A DNA stretch of 64,000 bases from the human T2T-CHM13v2.0 reference genome, Homo sapiens. A program made the translations under genes and the position numbers. The notes below the pieces were generated by a model. That model was not told the DNA's origin. It saw only the letters and a program-made list of their open reading frames with translations, and searched no databases. Where the stretch lies: the NCBI RefSeq assembly GCF_009914755.1, contig NC_060939.1, one strand, 5' to 3'. Every line of letters starts with the position of its first letter. The stretch's first letter is position 1. This document shows, one piece after another, positions 57,201 to 64,000 of this stretch.

Positions 57201-58083
57201 TCCAGTCCATTCCATTCGAGTCCGTTCCATTCCAGTCCATTCCATTCGAGTCAATTCCATTCCATTCGATGTCTTTCCATAACGATCCATTCCATTCTAT
57301 TCCTTTCGATTCCATTCCATTCTATTTCATTCCATTCGATTCCCTTCCATTGGACTCCTTTCCATTCGAGTGCATTCCATTCCTTTCCATTTCTTTCCGT
57401 TCTGTACGATTCCTACCGTTCGATTTCATTTTGTTCCAGTCCATTCCTTTCGCGTCCATTCCATTCCATTTCACTCCATTCGATTCCATTCCACTCGATT
57501 CCACTTCGTTCCATTTCATTGCATTCCATTCTATTCAACTCTATTGCCTTCCATTCCATTCCATTCGATTACATTCCATGCGATTCCATTCGAAATCGAA
57601 TCAATTACATTGCAATCCATTACTATTGAGTCCGTTTTATTCCAGTCCACTGCATTCTGTTCCATTCCATTTGATTCCATTCCATTCTATTCCATTCCAT
57701 ACAGTTGCATTCCATTGGATTCCATGCTATATCTATAAATTCAATTCGAGACCATTGCTTTTGAGTCCATTCTATATGATTCCATTCCATTCAAGTCCAT
57801 TACATTTGGTTCAATTCCATTCCATTCCATTCCCTTCCATTCCATTCCATTTGATATCAATCCATTCGATTCCATTCCATTCGAGCACATTCCATTCGAG
57901 TCCATTCCATTCGATGCCATTCCATTTGATTCTATTCCATTAGTCTCCATTCAATTCCATTAATCTCCATTCCATTCCATTCTACTCCAACTGATTCCAT
58001 TCCATTCTATTCCTTTCCATTCCATTTCATTCCATTCCATTCCATTTCATTCCATTCCATTCCATTCGCTTCCATTCCATTCG
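48290..58083 (+). repeat. 4,890 bp out-of-register tandem duplication (48290-53193 / 53180-58083)
   Basis: Landmarks repeat at +4,890 (48511/53401, 50299/55189, 52087/56977). Private variants are shared at +4,890. The junction lies at 53180-53193. Confidence 0.95.
52087..53400 (+). repeat. Truncated 1,314 bp junction unit lacking 490 bp including the KpnI site
   Basis: It reads ...CATTCGCTTCCATTCCATTCG|AATCAATTACATAGC at ~53175-53210, whereas the sister unit continues ...CATTCG|TGTCC at 58084. 1804-1314=490. Confidence 0.93.
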
Positions 58084-61000
58084 TGTCCATTCCACTCCAG
58101 TCCATTCCATTCGTGTCCATTCCATTCCAGTCCATTCCATTTGTGTCCACTGCATTCCATTCCACTCCATTCCATATTATTCCATTACACTCCATTCCAT
58201 TCTATTACTTTCATTTCCATTCAATTCCATTCCATTTGATTCCATTCCACTCGGTTTCATTCCATTTGAGTCCACTCCATTCCATTCCATTCCATTCAGT
58301 TCCATTCCATTCTGTTCCATTCCATTCCGTTCCATTCCATTCCATTACATGCGGTACCATTCCATATTGTTCCATTCGATTCCATTCGAATCCATTCCAT
58401 TCCAGTCCATTCCATTCGATACCATTCCATTCATTTCAATTCCATTCCATTACATTACATTACATTCCACTTGATTCCTCTCCATTCCCTTCCACTGCAT
58501 TCCGTTCGATTCCATTCCATTGCATTGCATTCCATTCCATTGGATTGCATTCCATTCGATTCCATTCCATTCGAATCAATTACATAGCAATCCATTACAT
58601 TCGAGTCTATTCTATTCCGTTCCATTCGATTTCGTTCCAATCCATTCGATTCCATTCCATTCGATTCCATTCCATACTATTGCATTCCATTCGATTACAT
58701 TATATTCGAATAAGTTCCATTCAAGACCATTTCTTTTGAGTCCATTCTATTTGAGTCCATTCCCTTTGATTCCATAACATTTGAGTCCATTCAATTCCAT
58801 TCCTTTCGTTTCCATTCCATTTGATGCCATTCCATTCAATTCTGTTCTACTCGACTCCAATACATTCAATTCCATTCCATCCGATTCCATTACATTCTTT
58901 TCATTTCTTATCCATTTCAAGCCATTCCACTCCATTCCATTCCACTCGTTTCCTTTCCATTCGAGTCCATTCCTCTCCAGTCCAATCCGTTCAATCCATT
59001 CCATTCCAGTCCATTCCATTCGAGTCCGTTCCATTCCAGTCCATTCCATTCGAGTCAATTCCATCCCATTCGATGTCTTTCCATAACGATCCATTCCATT
59101 CTATTCCTTTCGATTCCATTCCATTCTATTTCATTCCATTCGATTCCCTTCCATTGGACTCCTTTCCATTCGAGTGCATTCCATTCCGTTCCATTTCTTT
59201 CCGTTCTGTACGATTCCTACCGTTCGATTTCATTTTGTTCCAGTCCATTCCTTTCGCGTCCATTCCATTCCATTTCACTCCATTCGATTCCATTCCACTC
59301 GATTCCACTTCGTTCCATTTCATTGCATTCCATTCTATTCAACTCTATTGCCTTCCATTCCATTCCATTCGATTACATTCCATGCGATTCCATTCGAAAT
59401 CGAATCAATTACATTGCAATCCATTACTATTGAGTCCGTTTTATTCCAGTCCACTGCATTCTGTTCCATTCCATTTGATTCCATTCCATTCTATTCCATT
59501 CCATACAGTTGCATTCCATTGGATTCCATGCTATATCTATAAATTCAATTCGAGACCATTGCTTTTGAGTCCATTCTATATGATTCCATTCCATTCAAGT
59601 CCATTACATTTGGTTCAATTCCATTCCATTCCATTCCCTTCCATTCCATTCCATTTGATATCAATCCATTCGATTCCATTCCATTCGAGCACATTCCATT
59701 CGAGTCCATTCCATTCGATGCCATTCCATTTGATTCTATTCCATTAGTCTCCATTCAATTCCATTAATCTCCATTCCATTCCATTCTACTCCAACTGATT
59801 CCATTCCATTCTATTCCTTTCCATTCCATTTCATTCCATTCCATTCCATTTCATTCCATTCCATTCCATTCGCTTCCATTCCATTCGTGTCCATTCCACT
59901 CCAGTCCATTCCATTCGTGTCCATTCCATTCCAGTCCATTCCATTTGTGTCCACTGCATTCCATTCCACTCCATTCCATATTATTCCATTACACTCCATT
60001 CCATTCTATTACTTTCATTTCCATTCAATTCCATTCCATTTGATTCCATTCCACTCGGTTTCATTCCATTTGAGTCCACTCCATTCCATTCCATTCCATT
60101 CAGTTCCATTCCATTCTGTTCCATTCCATTCCGTTCCATTCCATTCCATTCCATGCGGTACCATTCCATATTGTTCCATTCGATTCCATTCGAATCCATT
60201 CCATTCCAGTCCATTCCATTCGATACCATTCCATTCATTTCAATTCCATTCCATTACATTACATTACATTCCACTTGATTCCTCTCCATTCCCTTCCACT
60301 GCATTCCGTTCGATTCCATTCCATTGCATTGCATTCCATTCCATTGGATTGCATTCCATTCGATTCCATTCCATTCGAATCAATTACATAGCAATCCATT
60401 ACATTCGAGTCTATTCTCTTCCGTTCCATTCGATTTCGTTCCAATCCATTCGATTCCATTCCATTCGATTCCATTCCATACTATTGCATTCCATTCGATT
60501 ACATTATATTCGAATAAGTTCCATTCAAGACCATTTCTTTTGAGTCCATTCTATTTGAGTCCATTCCCTTTGATTCCATAACATTTGAGTCCATTCAATT
60601 CCATTCCTTTCGTTTCCATTCCATTTGATGCCATTCCATTCAATTCTGTTCTACTCGACTCCAATACATTCAATTCCATTCCATCCGATTCCATTACATT
60701 CTTTTCATTTCTTATCCATTTCAAGCCATTCCACTCCATTCCATTCCACTCGTTTCCTTTCCATTCGAGTCCATTCCTCTCCAGTCCATTCCGTTCAATC
60801 CATTCCATTCCAGTCCATTCCATTCGAGTCCGTTCCATTCCAGTCCATTCCATTCGAGTCAATTCCATTCCATTCGATGTCTTTCCATAACGATCCATTC
60901 CATTCTATTCCTTTCGATTCCATTCCATTCTATTTCATTCCATTCGATTCCCTTCCATTGGACTCCTTTCCATTCGAGTGCATTCCATTCCGTTCCATTT

Positions 61001-64000
61001 CTTTCCGTTCTGTACGATTCCTACCGTTCGATTTCATTTTGTTCCAGTCCATTCCTTTCGCGTCCATTCCATTCCATTTCACTCCATTCGATTCCATTCC
61101 ACTCGATTCCACTTCGTTCCATTTCATTGCATTCCATTCTATTCAACTCTATTGCCTTCCATTCCATTCCATTCGATTACATTCCATGCGATTCCATTCG
61201 AAATCGAATCAATTACATTGCAATCCATTACTATTGAGTCCATTTTATTCCAGTCCACTGCATTCTGGTCCATTCCATTTGATTCCATTCCATTCTATTC
61301 CATTCCATACAGTTGCATTCCATTGGATTCCATTCTATATCTATAAATTCAATTCGAGACCATTGCTTTTGAGTCCATTCTATATGATTCCATTCCAATC
61401 AAGTCCATTACATTTGGTTCAATTCCATTTCATTCCATTCCCTTCCATTCCATTCCAGTTGATATCAATCCATTCGATTCCATTCCATTCGAGCACATTC
61501 CATTCGAGTCCATTCCATTCGATGCCATTCCATTTGATTCTATTCCATTAGTCTCCATTCAATTCCATTAATCTCCATTCCATTCCATTCTACTCCAACT
61601 GATTCCATTCCATTCTATTCCTTTCCATTCCATTTCATTCCATTCCATTCCATTTCATTCCATTCCATTCCATTCGCTTCCATTCCATTCGTGTCCATTC
61701 CACTCCAGTCCATTCCATTCGTGTCCATTCCATTCCAGTCCATTCCATTTGTGTCCACTGCATTCCATTCCACTCCATTCCATATTATTCCATTACACTC
61801 CATTCCATTCTATTACTTTCATTTCCATTCAATTCCATTCCATTTGATTCCATTCCACTCGGTTTCATTCCATTTGAGTCCACTCCATTCCATTCCATTG
61901 CATTCCATTCAGTTCCATTACATTCTGTTCCATTCCATTCCGTTCCATTACATTCCATTCCATTCGGTACCATTCCATATTGTTCCATTCGATTCCATTC
62001 GAATCCATTCCATTCCAGTCCATTCCATTCGATTCCATTCCATTCATTTCAATTCCATTCCATTCCATTCCATTACATTCCACTTGATTCCTCTCCATTC
62101 CCTTCCACTGCATTCCGTTCGATTCCATTCCATTGCATTGCATTCCATTCCATTGGATTGCATTCCATTCGATTCCATTCCATTCGAATCAATTACATAG
62201 CAATCCATTACATTCGAGTCTATTCTATTCCGTTCCATTCGATTTCGTTCCAATCCATTCGATTCCATTCCATTCGATTCCATTCCATACTATTGCATTC
62301 CATTCGATTACATTATATTCGAATAAGTTCCATTCAAGACCATTTCTTTTGAGTCCATTCTATTTGAGTCCATTCCCTTTGATTCCATAACATTTGAGTC
62401 CATTCAATTCCATTCCTTTCGTTTCCATTCCATTTGATGCCATTCCATTCAATTCTGTTCTACTCGACTCCAATACATTCAATTCCATTCCATCCGATTC
62501 CATTACATTCTTTTCATTTCTTATCCATTTCAAGCCATTCCACTCCATTCCATTCCACTCGTTTCCTTTCCATTCGAGTCCATTCCTCTCCAGTCCATTC
62601 CATTCAATCCATTCCATTTCAGTCCATTCCATTCGAGTCCGTTCCATTCCAGTCCATTCCATTCGAGTCAATTCCATTCCATTCGATGTCTTTCCATAAC
62701 GATCCATTCCATTCTATTCCTTTCGATTCCATTCCATTCTATTTCATTCCATTCGATTCCCTTCCATTGGACTCCTTTCCATTCGAGTGCATTCCATTCC
62801 GTTCCATTTCTTTCCGTTCTGTACGATTCCTACCGTTCGATTTCATTTTGTTCCAGTCCATTCCTTTCGCGTCCATTCCATTCCATTTCACTCCATTCGA
62901 TTCCATTCCACTCGATTCCACTTCGTTCCATTTCATTGCATTCCATTCTATTCAACTCTATTGCCTTCCATTCCATTCCATTCGATTACATTCCATGCGA
63001 TTCCATTCGAAATCGAATCAATTACATTGCAATCCATTACTATTGAGTCCGTTTTATTCCAGTCCACTGCATTCTGGTCCATTCCATTTGATTCCATTCC
63101 ATTCTATTCCATTCCATACAGTTGCATTCCATTGGATTCCATGCTATATCTATAAATTCAATTCGAGACCATTGCTTTTGAGTCCATTCTATATGATTCC
63201 ATTCCATTCAAATCCATTACTTTTGGTTCAATTCCATTCCATTCCATTCCCTTCCATTCCATTCCATTTGATATCAATCCATTCGATTCCATTCCATTCG
63301 AGCACATTCCATTCGAGACCATTCCATTCGATGCCATTCCATTTGATTCTATTCCATTAGTCTCCATTCAATTCCATTAATCTCCATTCCATTCCATTCT
63401 ACTCCAACTGATTCCATTCCATTCTATTCCTTTCCATTCCATTTCATTCCATTCCATTCCATTTCATTCCATTCCATTCCATTCGTGTCCATTCCACTCC
63501 AGTCCATTCCATTCGTGTCCATTCCATTCCAGTCCATTCCATTTGTGTCCACTGCATTCCATTCCACTCCATTCCATATTATTCCATTACACTCCATTCC
63601 ATTCTATCACTTTCATTTCCATTCAATTCCATTCCATTTGATTCCATTCCACTCGGTTTCATTCCATTTGAGTCCACTCCATTCCATTCCATTGCATTCC
63701 ATTCAGTTCCATTCCATTCTGTTCCATTCCATTCCGTTCCATTACATTCCATTCCATTCGGTACCATTCCTTATTGTTCCATTCGATTCCATTCGAATCC
63801 ATTCCATTCCAGTCCATTCCATTCGATTCCATTCCATTCATTTCAATTCCATTCCATTCCATTCCATTACATTCCACTTGATTCCTCTCCATTCCCTTCC
63901 ACTGCATTCCGTTCGATTCCATTCCATTGCATTGCATTCCATTCCATTGGATTGCATTCCATTCGATTCCATTCCATTCGAATCAATTACATAGCAATCC

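Larger units (their letters stand above)
1..64000 (+). repeat. Satellite III (HSat3) tandem array, C-rich (CATTC) strand on +; ~36 copies of a ~1.8 kb unit, probably D15Z1/HSat3A5-like
   Basis: The sequence is dominated by CATTC/ATTCC pentamers and diverged variants (CATTT, CGATT, CAGTC, CATTG) from base 1 to 64000, with no strand switch. A landmark recurs at 1557, 3360, 5149, 6938, 8742, 10546, 12365, 14129, 15932, 17735, 19522, 21306, 23105, 24895, 26694, 28498, 30312, 32106, 33890, 35674, 37457, 39246, 41049, 42838, 43888, 44938, 46722, 48511, 50299, 52087, 53401, 55189, 56977, 58781, 60585 and 62394. The satellite class is near certain; the subfamily and chromosome are inferred (~0.7). 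Confidence 0.97.

Noticed and set aside
66-63994. Hundreds of ORFs, up to 322 aa (FHSIP- and MEWNG-rich)
   Set aside because: They are direct translations of (ATTCC)n and (GGAAT)n, which lack stop codons. They overlap in all frames, recur with each unit, are freely frameshifted, and show no domain or gene structure.
1-64000. CRISPR-like repeat-spacer array
   Set aside because: No unique spacers, no constant 23-47 bp repeat and no cas genes.
1-64000. Identity as DYZ1 (Yq12), HSat2 or alpha satellite
   Set aside because: The basic period is ~1.8 kb with highly similar neighbours, not the ~3.6 kb of DYZ1. Long pure CATTC runs indicate HSat3 rather than the ~23-26 bp CATTCGATTC/ATGATG pattern of HSat2. 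There is no 171 bp monomer.
1-64000. Inversions or Alu/L1 insertions within the array
   Set aside because: No GGAAT-oriented block, poly-A tail or non-satellite segment was seen, and landmark spacing leaves no room for an insertion.

Overview
The whole 64 kb window is one uninterrupted, single-orientation tandem array of (CATTC)n/(GGAAT)n-derived satellite DNA of the human satellite III (HSat3) type. It contains about 36 copies of a ~1.8 kb unit (mostly 1764-1819 bp), nearly all with one KpnI site (GGTACC). This fits the 1.8 kb KpnI satellite III repeat D15Z1 (HSat3A5-type, acrocentric chr15p), an assignment inferred from period and motif, not from an alignment. I see no genes, RNA genes, transposons or CRISPR array; all ORFs are artefacts of translating a stop-poor pentamer. 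The information lies in the variant pattern. It shows a 7-unit higher-order repeat (12,572 bp) later expanded to 10 units (~17,952 bp) by internal 1- and 2-unit duplications. It also shows a 739 bp deletion at a 19 bp microhomology that was then duplicated as two 1,050 bp units, and an out-of-register 4,890 bp tandem duplication with a 14 bp microhomology junction. Chimeric units, two alternating 3'-half haplotypes and an ancient internal duplication within the unit are also present. I found no evidence of a new protein-coding system; the findings concern satellite evolution and structure. Units are numbered from the landmark ACAT|TTGAGTCCATTCAATT: U1=1557, U2=3360, and so on to U35=62394.
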